Assembly: GCF_037042905.1 (NCBI RefSeq) | Contig: NC_087262.1 | Span: 15,562,001 to 15,626,000, forward strand | Length of the DNA stretch: 64,000 nucleotides | From: Lytechinus pictus | Taxonomy: Eukaryota | Direction of reading: 5' to 3' | In this document: positions 12,501 to 44,293 of the stretch, one piece after another | Layout of the letters: each line of letters opens with the position of its first letter | How positions within the stretch are numbered: position 1 is the stretch's first letter | The notes under the pieces: model-generated | Told to the model about the DNA's origin: nothing | What the model saw: only the letters and a program-made list of their open reading frames with translations | The model's database searches: none | Translations under genes and position numbers: made by a program

Positions 12501-14256
12501 ATGTGTTTCTTGCCAGTTAAAGTTCAAATGTATACATTAGGGCATGGAATTAGAGTAAGGTTAGGCCGAAGTATATGAAGTTATCTTTTTTTTTAATTGA
12601 TCGTGCAACTTCTGGTCGGCTCCGGGCGGGTGAAATATTTATATCAATTTCTGCCGTCACCTCAATAAAGTCAACTTTTCCCGCTTTTCAGCTCATTACT
12701 AAACAACCATAATTTTTGGGGCAAACAGGTTCCTAATTTAAAAAGAGGAAGGTATAACATTCGTATCGTATTAAATAAAAAAGTACAATATTTTTTATCA
12801 AATTCTATTAAACTTCATGTCATTTCCCTGCACATTCATCTCCTGTCCTGTTTTGCGCCCTCAGTTTGAAATTTTGAATGACACTAAAGTTTCTTTATAA
12901 TTCAAAATGAAGCGCTTCAGGATAAGTCAAAGAAATTAGGTATCCTTTTTAATATAATTTCAATAAATCACAGAAGTTTCAACTTTTTGCGCACTATTTT
13001 CCTTTTAATGAAGTTAAATAATCTTAGAAAATTAATTGAATTAGAGCCGATGGGGTATTGGAGATATCTGCATTTGATGAAACATCCGCCCTTTGAAATT
13101 TCAGAGTTTCGTTGTTCTGCGCGGGGAGGAATATCTTCCTCCCGGCATATACACTTCTTCTCCTCTGTTTTGCGAGTTAAAAATATGCACTGTCGCTAAA
13201 TTGTTTGTAATCAAATCTGATCTTTCCAAGGGAAGTATTCAATATGTGTTTGAGAATATCCTTTTCTCGGGACCCTTTTCATGGCAATAAATTGATAAAA
13301 CGCTTTAGTTTCCGCGCTTCGCGCGGGGTTATTATCATTTTGATTTCCTCAATTGTATTCCTTTTTTGTGCGTTCACAATCTTTTTTTAAAACAAGGTCC
13401 AAAATCACAATATAGTCAACTGAATTGGAGCTGATATATGGGTACTAGAGACGGCTCATTTTCATTTTAATTTATGAAACACCAAAAGCTCCCTGCACCC
13501 ACCCCCTAGGGAGCGCGCTTCGCGCGCTCTGTAAGTGTTGTGCATTTACCGCCCCCTCCAAAATGAAATCCTGGCTACGCGGTTGGGGCAGATCCTTAAT
13601 AGGTTTGTGGGTCACAAAATATCTTTGAAGTTGTTGTACAGTATATTAAAACAAAAACCTGGAATAGGAAAATTAATAAATTCCACTTACCTTTAAGAAA
13701 AAAATTAAAATAAAAAAAGGTTGCTCACTTGAAAAAGGAGGGGGCTGTGTAAGGGGTGTAAGAACTGGAAATGCCCCAACCTAACTTAATTCATGGAATA
13801 TTTTGAAAAGTTAAGAACCCTGTGGAAGGAAAAGATACTGAAAACATGGAAAATGTAATAAAGTTGTACTCATTCCTTTAACCCTAAAAAATGCACTATT
13901 CAATTTCTCAATCGAATCATTTTTATGCGCCTTTTGACGTCACAAGAGATGTATAATGTCGCGCTTTATATCCCCCAAAATCTGTAAATGATATAGGCCT
14001 ATAACTTTTCTATTATTTTTCCCATATCTAAAAAACTGCAATCTGCATTCTTATTTCCTAATGCCTTGAATACAAAAATTGTACTGAAAAACCTGTAGAG
14101 GACTTAAAAGGAAAATGAAAGTATCATTAGATTGCAAATATAAACAAAAATTAATGACTCACCGAATGTCTGATAATACATCTCAAAACACAAAATAAGA
14201 CAAGGAACGATCAGTCTAACAGTCAATTTAAGATGACGAAACAATGCTAATTCCAT
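9517..14256 (-). CDS. Secreted C-type lectin-like domain + PAN/Apple domain protein (260 aa, 4 coding exons)
   Basis: Exons on - strand: 14256-14163 (MELALFRHLKLTVRLIVPCLILCFEMYYQTF, signal-peptide-like, donor GTGAGT), 12056-11778 (SCPVGWDFWRGGCYQF..W..CNDLGG..VWNGC..), 10536-10399 (DWDSNEPP..GKWKV..YIVCFQP), 9788-9517 (..CAIYCLRTSGCRSFNHKGKSCYLNS..CNYFEP..stop). All junctions are phase 1 and the total of 783 nt is in frame. Confidence 0.8.
10792..11040. mobile_element. hAT-type MITE in lectin-gene intron
   Basis: Termini CAGGGGCGGAAATC...GATTTCCGCCCATG; exact 8-bp TSD TCACCTAA at 10784-10791 and 11041-11048. Confidence 0.85.
12212..13585. mobile_element. hAT-type non-autonomous DNA transposon (about 1.37 kb) in lectin-gene intron
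   Basis: Termini CAGGCGCGTAGCCAGG...CCTGGCTACGCGGTTG; exact 8-bp TSD GGGCAGAT at 12204-12211 and 13586-13593; internal GCGCTTCGCGC motifs. Confidence 0.85.
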
Positions 14257-17200
14257 TATGTAGCTGGTATGGACGTCTTTTAGGAGGGAAATACACACCT
14301 GTCCGTGTAATGATATTCATGTGTATGAATGATTGCAAATTGCGATGAAAAACCTGTCGCATATTTGTCTTCGGAAAGTTCAAAGATGTATGGTTGAGAA
14401 CGGTGATGGCGCCCTCGATTTAATCGCCACTCGGTGGATTGAGCTGTCAACCTGAAGGGTGACGACAATTAAGACATTTGCTCATGCGACAATTGCTCCG
14501 GGCTTTATTTCGTTTAAGATAATTGGGGTTGCAATATCATATGGTTTTATGTTAAGTTTAGGGTTAGGTTTAGGATAGGGTATAACGTTATATCCATGGT
14601 TGAAGCTGACAATTCTATTAGTGTGTAATCTACTGCGGAGCAATAGTCGCCGGAACAAGTGTCATGAAACAGACTGAAGATTCAAGGCTCTTTTTTGTTT
14701 GTTCTAAAGTATTCTTTTATTGATTCTTCCAGTGACATTTACAAACTGTAGTAAATTACAAACATAAAGTGACAAATAACTTAATAAGTAACCACAAGAT
14801 ACCATCAGTGAAACATGGTGAAATTTAGAGTGTTGGATCATCTATCTCCGCTCTTATGCCCCCCTCCTCCATCAGTAGCATCCAGGATAATGGCTTGTGT
14901 GTGTGGGGGGGGGGGGGCGGGGTGCGCGAGAATGAGATTTATAAATCACACGGTGTTCGGGGTAGGATTTGGGATCCGGGGGACTTGTTCCAGAAAGTAA
15001 AAACACTCCCTCTCAAATCACAACAGATTTGCACTGTTCATCCAATTTTAGCTAAACAAATTAAAGAACACAAAAAGTAAATCAACGGCCGCATTCTGTA
15101 CGATGATTTAAGCAAGCATAATATTTATGAATTTAGTTCGATTTTTCATTGTTTGCTTCAAAAGCCACATGATAACGTTTATAATATTACGAGCGGGGGG
15201 GGGGGGGGTCGACACTCTTTTCGTGGCAGAATTGTTATTCCATTGATGATCATTATCAAATAAGATTTGGACCTATAAGTATAAATTTGTTCACCAAGAT
15301 TTCGGGTTTTTCCCCTTTTAAGTTTATGTTCGTTTGAAGTTAGTTATACCAGGGACATAATTGAATATTGTCGTCACCTTCATCGTGATATCATCACCGT
15401 CATCATCGTCGAAATCATCATCTTCGTGATGATGGTAATGATGATGTTGGTTCTGCTGGTGATGATGATCATCATCATCATGATCAACATGATCGTCATC
15501 TTCACCATCACCATCATTATCGCCATTACCACCACAACTCACAACNNNNNNNNNNNNNNNNNNNNNNNNNNNNNNNNNNNNNNNNNNNNNNNNNNNNNNN
15601 NNNNNNNNNNNNNNNNNNNNNNNNNNNNNNNNNNNNNNNNNNNNNNNNNNNNNNNNNNNNNNNNNNNNNNNNNNNNNNNNNNNNNNNNNNNNNNNNNNNN
15701 NNNNNNNNNNNNNNNNNNNNNNNNNNNNNNNNNNNNNNNNNNNNNNNNNNNNNNNNNNNNNNNNNNNNNNNNNNNNNNNNNNNNNNNNNNNNNNNNNNNN
15801 NNNNNNATCGTCACATGAGTCATCATCGTCATGAGCATTGCGTAATGTTTTGAAAATTGGAGGGGTGAATTTTAGCTACATAGTATGTTCACAACTGTGG
15901 TAAAAAAGGTTCAACTCCTATTTCCCAAGATTGCGTACTTGTCATGCTTGTCATGAATGTGCATTTTGAAACACACAAAAAATAAACTTATGATCGAGGG
16001 AAATAAAGAGTAATAAAACACAAGCCTTTAAGGAGACGGAAAAATAAATCTAGAATTTATTTATCAATGCGACATATCGAGCTCTTCACATCTGAACAAT
16101 GTATATTTTAGTATTAACAGGGTACTGTAATTAATGTTTTCATCACGTGCTCATTGTGCGTATAGATCATCATGTCCCTTTTTTGAGGTATGATGGTTTT
16201 TATTTCCTTTTAAAAAAGAAATGCAGCACAATTAATTTCAAAGCATTGTTACCGTGTATCATCATGATTTTAATGTCGAGGGTCTGATAGTGAGACTAAA
16301 TCCTAGATGATAGCGGGGGGGGGGGGGGATATCCATAGTTGATCCAATATAATTAACTTCAGTCCATTAAGCTTTCTATACAAGCCGCATACAAGGTATC
16401 AGGCATAGCTGAAGTTATTTAAAACCAAAGAAAAAAAAAATAGCCAGTGATTCACAAAAAACGATTTTATAAATTCTAAATTACATGAATTTAAAATTGA
16501 TTAGCTGTGAAAAAAACAGTCGACTTCTGGTTTAGATTCGAATATTGCAGATTCGTATTCGAATCGTCCCAGATTGAAAATGGTTCTTTAGGACTTAATT
16601 CTTATTTCAAAATTCGACTGGTCTCTAACAAAATCGGATCTGGATTTACTTTAGATCCTAATGTTTTAGATTATAACAAAACACATATAAAATTTAGTAG
16701 GCTGAATGAAGTTTATATGTTCCAAGACCAATAACCCAATTATATTCAATCATGGTAAAATAGATTAAAAGGAATAATCCGATCGAGCTTGTGTCTATTG
16801 GTCTAACGTCTCAACATTATTAATAAAAACCAAATCTTGGAAATATACGATTTATTAAATGGATGAACTAATAAAATGTGATAATTGTAAAAAACGAACA
16901 TTAAATCATTACCGATTATAACATTAATATACCATTCAAAATGAATATACATACTCATAGCTTTTGGAACATTATTTAGCATTGGATTTACAGGATCAGA
17001 ATCACGATGATATCAAACTGAACAATTTTTTTTAATATTTCAAACTTTTAACATAAAATATCTTTTAATGTAATTCATGAATATCGTCGAATAAACAAAT
17101 ATTGCATTGGTTCGAATCAGTACATAGGCCCAATTATCATGATTATCATAACTATATATTTTCCATAAAATTTATTGTTATGTTCATAATTATAATTTAT

Positions 17201-17367
17201 AAACTTGCATTGATTTCAATAAATAATCTTTGATAATTATTTTAGATTCCCCTAACCTCGAATAGACATACACTTTACACTTTTAACCATTTTATTTGAA
17301 TTATAATGTACATAATCATAATATTCATAAACAAAATTAATATTTAGAAATACGAAAACCCACTTAC

Positions 17368-17600
17368 CTATAGAACATGATGGAATATAACCTCAGCAAA
17401 TTCCCTTCAAATTCACATCAATTTGATTTGAGTTAAATAAATCTTATAGTTACTTATTCAAAAGTCAATGAGAATAACAACAACAATGCAATCAGAATAC
17501 TAATTGAGAACTGAATCCTACACGACAGATAGACAATAAATGGATCAGAAGCTTCAGACAATCTTCAGCACAATCTTCAGCTACGTTTATCAATAGATCG
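17368..17600 (-). other. Possible 5'-UTR exon of the lectin gene
   Basis: Strong minus-strand donor TAG|GTAAGTGG at 17368/17367. The signal-peptide exon has an acceptor (CCCTCCTAAAAG at 14277) 20 nt before its ATG, which implies an upstream exon. The 5' boundary is a guess. Confidence 0.35.
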
Positions 17601-20400
17601 GAATATTTTCAAGAATATTGAACAAATAATCAGGTCCTAAGAAAAGGAAATCTACGAAAATATACCTGAGTGCAAAAAAAAAACCCGGCAAGTTTGAATA
17701 AAAAAAAGGAACGAAAATTTCCATAAATTTAACGCAAACTTTTGAGAATGTAAATGTCGGTACGTACTATACACACTACAAAATAGTGAAAACATAAATA
17801 GGTTTGTGCTACAACTTGTTTGGAATCATCATTTTCTTTGAAATGCACAGCTCTGAATTTAGTACTTTTTTGGACTTTAAACCGCTTCAGGTTAGGCTAC
17901 AGCGAGTCATGGATTCTAAAGGTTTCTTCAAAACCAGCAACATTTGCATAGTTTGTCATCAAACCACCTAAAATCATCAAAAATATATTTCTGATAATTT
18001 ACAACTAGGAAAATATTTACAGCGAGCCGACATGAATGGATCGACGCGTATTATAGATATTGGTGTAAATAATTGTTTTACGATTGAGCACGATATGGTT
18101 TTTTTTTTTTAAATAATGCAAATTCAATCCTTTAAATTTTCAAACGTTCATCGATGTTAAAAACAGATTCATCATTGAATTGGCACTATTCGGGGACATC
18201 TGACGCCAGATTTGACTTTAAAAAATTACTAATATTACATTACATGCCTGCATGAATGTGCCCAGATGCATACGATTGAGAGGCAAATACAGAGATTATG
18301 AAGGGTGTATATATCCCTCTGTCGAGCCCACCCTAAACTGATTGCCCAATGTGACACGGTGGTGCTGGTGGGGGGGGGGGGGGGGGGGGTTGCACGAGGT
18401 GCTCTAAGTATCCTTTGTTCCTTGTACCCAGCTCCTTAATTACGATTTTGCGGTACACACGAATTTCTTTCTTGTCTGCCCCTGGCCCCCTTATTTTCTT
18501 TCTTGCTCGTGATTCGACAGATAATTATAGTCAAAAGACGTATGATCCGACCTAATGGAAGGGGGGGGGGGTAAATGGTCTTGTATACAGAAATTAAGAA
18601 TCCATAGAAGCCCTATGATATTAAAAATTTCCTGTCTGAGTAATTCGACGAAAAGGGGACTTTTTTATGAACCGGAGTAATTTTTACAATATTTACAAGA
18701 ACAGGTGAGTGAAATCACATTTCAAAATAGTTTTTCACCAATTATCCATAATACTTACACAATGATCGCTTTTGTCATGTTTGTATTTGATAAAAAGTTA
18801 TGAAGAAATTTAGAGATCTAAAGACTTTCTTAATATTCTTAATAGCCTCATATACACAAAAAATATACTATATTCATAATTGACTTTACATACAATTTCA
18901 AATACAATGTGTCATAAAATTCCTATCATCGATATCATTAAGAGAGTATATATACAAGAATTTACATTGAGTATATAGTATTTACATCAGATTGATTTAT
19001 ATACAAAAATAAATGCGAATGCACTGTATAATGGAATTCGATAAATTGGAATCGTTACTGATTTCACACCACCTCTTGTTTGTCACAGTTTTAAATAAAA
19101 AAAAACATGGACTGAAAGCCTTCATGCAGGAACTAATGTAATCAACAACAATATGTTATTNNNNNNNNNNNNNNNNNNNNNNNNNNNNNNNNNNNNNNNN
19201 NNNNNNNNNNNNNNNNNNNNNNNNNNNNNNNNNNNNNNNNNNNNNNNNNNNNNNNNNNNNNNNNNNNNNNNNNNNNNNNNNNNNNNNNNNNNNNNNNNNN
19301 NNNNNNNNNNNNNNNNNNNNNNAAATTACAATAATAGTAGTAATAGCTATATCATAATCGGACCAGATAATTTAGATGAACAAAATCTTACATCATAAAT
19401 CTTGATGAAATTGTGAAAATTCACGAAGAGTTGTTGAAGAATTTGTTTAAAATCATTGCATCTGAATCTGAATGATAAGCATAACAATCACACAAAAAAA
19501 TAATGAAAACTATCCCCAAACAATACTCTTAGAAAATTTTTCTAGCATCACACACATAACAGTAAAACTGTATACAACGACTATAATAATATAATCTAAA
19601 TTGTTGCGATTGTCTTATAAGATGAAATTAAAACAAATAGGAAAAAATAAGAAAAAATTACTCCTCATCACAAGAATTTATCTAGGAAATCAGTATTTTT
19701 ATTGTAAATCCACAAAAAACTTTATCTTCATTGTAAGCAACATAACGCTGCTGGATATTTTATGGGGGAGGGGGCGTAAGACAAGTAATGTCATATTTTC
19801 TCAACTAAATTATATAGTTCCTTACTTCCTTATTTAAAAGTGTCATTTTCCGTTTTCTTCTCCTATTTTCACTTCTAGAAAAATTATGGGGGTGGTTGCC
19901 CCCTAACCGCTGATAATTATAATCATATCTCTTTATTTAATTCTGTTTTTCGAAATTCCCTTTATAGATATTTTCACATCTTCCACCAGTTGTTCAACAT
20001 CAAGAATTAAAATTGTATAGATTTTGAGCCCCACACTGAATGATAAGGGGCAAACATGCATCGAAAAAAAGGAAAAATCAACAGGTTCATTGTTCTTAGA
20101 CTTTCAAAGAAAAATATGACACTATTATTTTGAAGAACGCATGAGGGAAATTATTTAAAATCCCACTGACGTCATCGATGTTAGCTTTGGATGGGCGAAG
20201 AATAATGCAGGGGTTGCCCCCCCCCCCGCCCCCTCCGAACTGTCGGAAGCTAGAGGCGGGCGAATTTGCTCTCTGAGTGGATCAGTGCGCCTGTCGTCGA
20301 AAATCGAAACGATGTTGAGGTCAATGAATGACATGTCAGGCAAGGATAGCTAGACTATACTGAACATGATATAGAATCCAAACTGATTTTGCGACAGTCA

Positions 20401-38919
<18,519 letters not shown>

Positions 38920-40251
38920 ACCTGACTGTCCGAGCCAAGGCGTTCACAGACCTCCTCTTTTGCCCGATGTCTACCAAGATCTGAAAAGACAGTAAACGAT
39001 AAAGGACATGAATAATAAAATTATTACACATACATAACGTGAAATCGGGGCGGATAGGTCGCTCATTTCCCCCCATGTATAGCGCCACCTCCACCTACAA
39101 GCCTAGCCTGGAAATCGCTTAACGGAGCGAATGATGCACTTCGGTACGCACAGAAGGAGCATTCGACTGAGTTGGTTGTTGTGTTTTGTCATTGTTTCAA
39201 ATCCAACATTTCATGTTTTCAGGAAGATTTACATGCTATCTACACTCGACAACATAGTTAGTACGTCATGAAGCACGACTCGAAAACCGGTATTGATGAC
39301 TCATAACTCGAAAACATACCAGCGTATTTCGAATCACTCCTTGAAATAAAGCTAAATGCTCTTAAATCTATCTACATGATTTAGGGATTAGACTACATCA
39401 CTTCCCACGCAATCATAATCATTTTACTGCTCATGATATTTCGATTTGTCATGAATGTATTGTATTGCCTCTTCAAAATAGTTTACTTCGTATACGATCA
39501 AGTCATAATATTGATTGGTAAGATGTTGCAAAATTTAGCCTCAAAACTTTCCTTTTCTCCTCTAATTCCTCTTTCCCTCCCCCCTCTCTCTCACTCTCTA
39601 CCCCTTGTCTATCCTTTCATCCCACTCTCTCCTTTATCTACCCCTCTTTCTCTATGTGCCTTCTTAACATTTTCTTTTGCTTCTCATTTTAATTCTTAAT
39701 ATCGATAAAAATCCTGGTAGCTTGTGGAGGCCAAACTAAAAAAAAAAACGTAAATGATATTGTGATATTTTTAGTTCTGACAAAGGCCTATTTCCGTTAA
39801 TTGTTTTATCCTTTCCCAATTTTCAGTGTAATATTTTTCTTAAATTTTTCCCCTTTTCACTTCTTTCCCCTTCGACTACTGTCTTGATGAAAAAAACGTT
39901 ATGGCTTTTCGATAGCATCTTCAAAACATTATCATGTCTAGAGATCATTCTGTATGTAAGACTATGCGATAACTTGAGCCCATCAAGTCCGGCGCGCTTA
40001 AATAAAGATATCGCATACTCTTTAAATAAACATTGGAAGGCAAACGAAATGGGATAAAGGGGAATTTGGAGGCGGAAAGAAGACAGCATTTTTTGGCGGT
40101 GTCTGTGTCGTTGACAGGATCTATGGTAGCCTTAAAGCGAAATGGGTGTAATGGAAATGGTCCCTAGAGGACCTGGTGGGGATAATGACGAAAGATGGCG
40201 AATTAGGACTGAAGCACATTGTCTCATCTGATCTGAGACAGATTGATCTGT

Positions 40252-40645
40252 CAGTGTAAAAACACTCCCTAGGAGGCCCAATGGGTGCATGGGTGGTGGG
40301 AGTGGATGTGGGGGGGGGGGGGGGTGAAGGAGGGGAAGATAATAGGGTGAGAAAGAGGGGTGTGGATGTGGAGGAGGCATTGTAAAATACTGTCTAGGAG
40401 ACCCAATGGTTGCATAAACAGATAAAGGCGTTTTAGAGTAGAGGGGTGAGGTGACGGATGGAAAGACATAGGGGTGAGGAGGAGGGGGCATTGTAAAATA
40501 CTGTCTAGGAGACTCATGTGGGTGTGTGGGCTGTGGGGTGGATGGGGGAGGTGACGCAGGGTGAAACAGATATAGGGGTGAGGAGGAGGGGTGGTGGACG
40601 GGGAGGGGGTGGGGCATTGTAAAATACTGTCTAGGAGACTCATTC
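40252..40645. repeat. G-rich minisatellite, about 110-125-bp units
   Basis: GGCATTGTAAAATACTGTCTAGGAGAC at 40376, 40487 and 40613, plus a degenerate copy near 40253, separated by GA/GT-rich spacers. Confidence 0.8.
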
Positions 40646-41114
40646 TAAGAGGTAAGTAATACCTTTGTAACTTTAAAATATATTTGCCGATTTTATATTC
40701 AAACGTACATACCTCTGGCGATGCGATTGTGCCCACAATTTGAATTAAGATGCACATACAGGGAATCTGTGATACTTTGTGCTTACCATTGGCACGTATC
40801 ACAATGAAATGAAAGTAGCAACACGACTCGAAAAGAGCAGTATTACCATTTTAGGAATCGACAATAAGAGAATTGGGATATACTTTTTTTTTTTTTTTGG
40901 GGGGGGGGGGGTTGTGCGGTTATCTTTTGATTTGCTTTCCGTACATTTCTCAGTAATGTTGGGAGGGGCCATAGGGGCAATAATTAGTGATCTCATTGTC
41001 CATCCAAGAACATGATGTATTTCTGGATTACAAATGATTTCACTCATTTAATTGAATATTTGTTATAAGAAGATGAATGATGATGATAATAATGATAAAT
41101 AACGCTTCAAATGT

Positions 41115-41407
41115 GGAGCGTTGTGGCCCAGTGGATTAGTCTTCGGACTTTGAAACAGAGGGTCGTGGGTTCGAATCCCAGCCATGGCGTAATTTCCTTC
41201 AGCAAGAAACTGATCCACAGTGTGCTGCCCTCAACCCAGGTGAGGTAAATGGGTACCGGTAGGAAGTAATTCCTTAAAAAGCTGTGTGCGCTATGAACGC
41301 CTAGCTTAGCCGGGTAATATAGGAGCGCCTTGAGCACCTAACAAGGTGGATATGTGCGCAATATAAATATCCTATATTATTATAATAATAATAATAATAA
41401 TAATAAT
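41115..41407 (+). mobile_element. tRNA-derived SINE, apparently full length
   Basis: A-box TGGCCCAGTGG (41124), B-box GGTTCGAATCC (41168), central CCCAGGTGAGGTAAATGGGTACC and (TAA)n tail. Confidence 0.88.
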
Positions 41408-43301
41408 TCCCCCTTTTCCATTTTATTTGTTTTTGTATAATTATCTTAAATTGTGATTTGTATTACAATGCACACATTAATATACTTTATGTAATTATAC
41501 ATGCAAATGTATTACCTCCATCCGTTTGGGGGGGGAGTGGAAGGGGACAGTACTCCCATACAATACTTGTTTTGCTTTGATATACACAATGTCACCTCTT
41601 CATTTTTTTATTCCTTTGTTTTTGTGATGTTCATTACTTTTGAACAGTTTCAAACGATTTTCTTTACTTGTAAATGCTGTGACTGTATGTGATTGAATAT
41701 TAATAGAACACATAATTGAAAAATAATAAAGAACATAATTATAATGATGATGATGATGGTAGTAATAATATTATTAAAAGAAGAAGGAGCTTGAAGGAGG
41801 AGGAGCAGGAGGAAAGGGTGGATATGAAGGAGAACAAGTAGGAGAAGGGGGGGGGGGAACCATTATTCCACAAACCATGGATCATGTACTAGAACTTTAT
41901 ATACCGATTTAAAAATTTACTAATATCAAGAAGATATTCAAAGAATAATAACACTTTTATATCCCTAACTTAATCTATAAAATAATAGAACAACATACAT
42001 GAACCACTCTCTGTATAGCTGCCCAAGCTTTCGATAATATCATCTTAGAAGTCAACACCCTTGCACACTAATACGATACTGTATGCATGGTGGTATAGAC
42101 CTACCAAAAGGTGTTAACAGAAAAAGCAAACAAAAAAGAAAGCTTGTGTAATAAACCCTCAGGGATATAACACATAATATCAATCGAGACATTATCGCAG
42201 GGATATACTGCACAGAAAAAAAAAAACAATACGACGTTGCATCGGATTACTCCTTTCTCATTTCATTTCAATAAATCCTGAAACGGCTTTAATGCAACAT
42301 CATTGTTTCGTTTCTATCGTATCTCCGGAAATGATATTTTCAAACCAAATAGAATACATGTATTGCGCGGCGTACATCGAACAGACGCCGTTGTTTTTGC
42401 CCATAATAATAAGAAGCACGCTCTCAACATTATTTATTCTCTGCTTTCCTTTTGTTTTCATATAAACATGGAAAACGTCATTCTGTTCCACATCTTTCAT
42501 ATCTTATTTTCACTCTTTCGTTGCAAATATATGGACATGTTTTCAATCTACCCCCCCCTCCCCCTTTCTTCCTCTTTGCTGCTGGAGAGGTAAATATACT
42601 TTTGATATTTCATCTCTACCTCTATTATGCGATCGGACGTTGGAGTGCAATTTTACAAGCTGTCGGTTTTACTTTAAGAAGATATATTTTTAAAGACCAA
42701 CGACAAGAAAGCTTCTCTGGAATTTCGTGTCTACAGTTTTATAATGCTTGAAAAGAAGAGGACATTTAAATACTCAAAGTAGTGCTGCACGTTTTAGTCT
42801 AAATTGATTTCAGTTTATAAAAATAATTATTATTCACAAATATATATCATCTTGCTTTTAACTCCACCATGTCCATAATCCTAATGTGTTATGTGTATAT
42901 GGGGTCTGTTCTTTGGCTAATGACAAGCGCGATTCTGGATGGGGGGGGGGGAGGCACGGGTACACGCCCCCAAGAAATGAGGATGGAATAATTTTCTTTT
43001 GGAGTGAGGACCTTTTTATATTAAGATGTGTTGTTGCTTTTTAAATTAATTCATATACAGAACACTATACAGCATTAGAAAGTCGGTATAGAAAGACGTT
43101 TTGGAGTGCGGATATTTTTCTCTCTATATTTTGCTTTTAAAAATAATTATAGATACAGGTCACTATTCTATACTTTCAGTCGCGTAAAATGGAAACCAAA
43201 TGCCGTGGCATGGCAATTCGCACTAAATTTTTGCCCCTTCCAACATTCTGGCACTGGGGGCAAGCGCTGGAACTGTGACTCTCTCACAGGAAACATAAGC
43301 A

Positions 43302-44213
43302 AAACAAGTGGAATGCCTCTGGCCGTCTCACCTGCATCACGCGATTCAATATAGCAGCAGTGCTGATTTTGAAAACTACTATAACTCGCACAAGATGTTC
43401 AGTGATACTTGGTTACTCTTATTTCCACGTTTTATGAACTAGACCAATACACTTATAGAGATATGATGGCAATTCAACAAATAACCACAACGTGGCCAAA
43501 GTTCTTTGACCTTACATGACATTTGACCTTGATCATGTAACCTGAAACTCGCACAGGATGTTCAGTGATACTTGATTACTATTATGTCCAAGTTTTATGA
43601 ACTAGACCAACACACTTTCAAATTTATGGCTGTAATTCAACAAATACCCCAATTAGGCCAAAGTTCATTGACCCTAAATGACCTTTGACCTTGATCATGT
43701 GACCTGAAACTTGCACAGGATGTTCAGTAATACTTGATTACTATTATGTCCAAGTTTCATGAATCAGATCCATAAACTTTCAAAGTTATGATGGTAATTC
43801 AACAGATACCCCCAATTCGGCCAAAGTTCATTGACCCTAAATGACCTTTGACATTGGTCATGTGACGTGAAACTCATGCAGGATGTTCAGTGATACTTGA
43901 TTAACCTTATGTATAAGTTTCATGAACTAGGTCCATATATTTTCTAAGTTATGATGACATTTCAAAAACTTAACCTTAGGTTAAGATTTTGATGTTGATT
44001 CCCCCAACATGGTCTAAGTTCATTGACCCTAAATGACCTTTGACCTTGGTCATGTGACATGAAACTCAGGCAGGATGTTCAGTAATACTTGATTAACCTT
44101 ATGGCCAAGTTTCATGAACTAGGTCCATATACTTTCTAAGTTATGCTGTCATTTCAAAAACTTAACCTCAGGTTAAGATTTGGTGTTGACGCCGCCGCCG
44201 CCGTCGCCGCCGC

Positions 44214-44245
<32 letters not shown>

Positions 44246-44293
44246 TCGGAAAAGCGGCGCCTATAGTCTCACTCTGCTATGCAGGTGAGACAA
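43302..44293. mobile_element. Helentron/HINE-like non-autonomous element with internal tandem array
   Basis: 5' subterminal GTCTCACCTGCA (43325-43336) is inverted at TGCAGGTGAGAC (44280-44291), which also forms a 3' hairpin with GTCTCACTCTGC (44266-44277). Five units of about 163 bp (GATGTTCAGT at 43394, 43557, 43719, 43882, 44074), a (GCC)n tract, A-rich flanks and no clear TSD. Confidence 0.7.

Noticed and set aside
40376-40640. Repeat-spacer pattern resembling a CRISPR array
   Set aside because: Eukaryotic DNA with only three anchors, spacers of 85-100 bp related to each other, and no cas genes; it is a minisatellite.
41115-41190. Possible tRNA gene
   Set aside because: A and B boxes are present, but the sequence continues into a SINE body and (TAA)n tail with no clean acceptor stem or T-run terminator.
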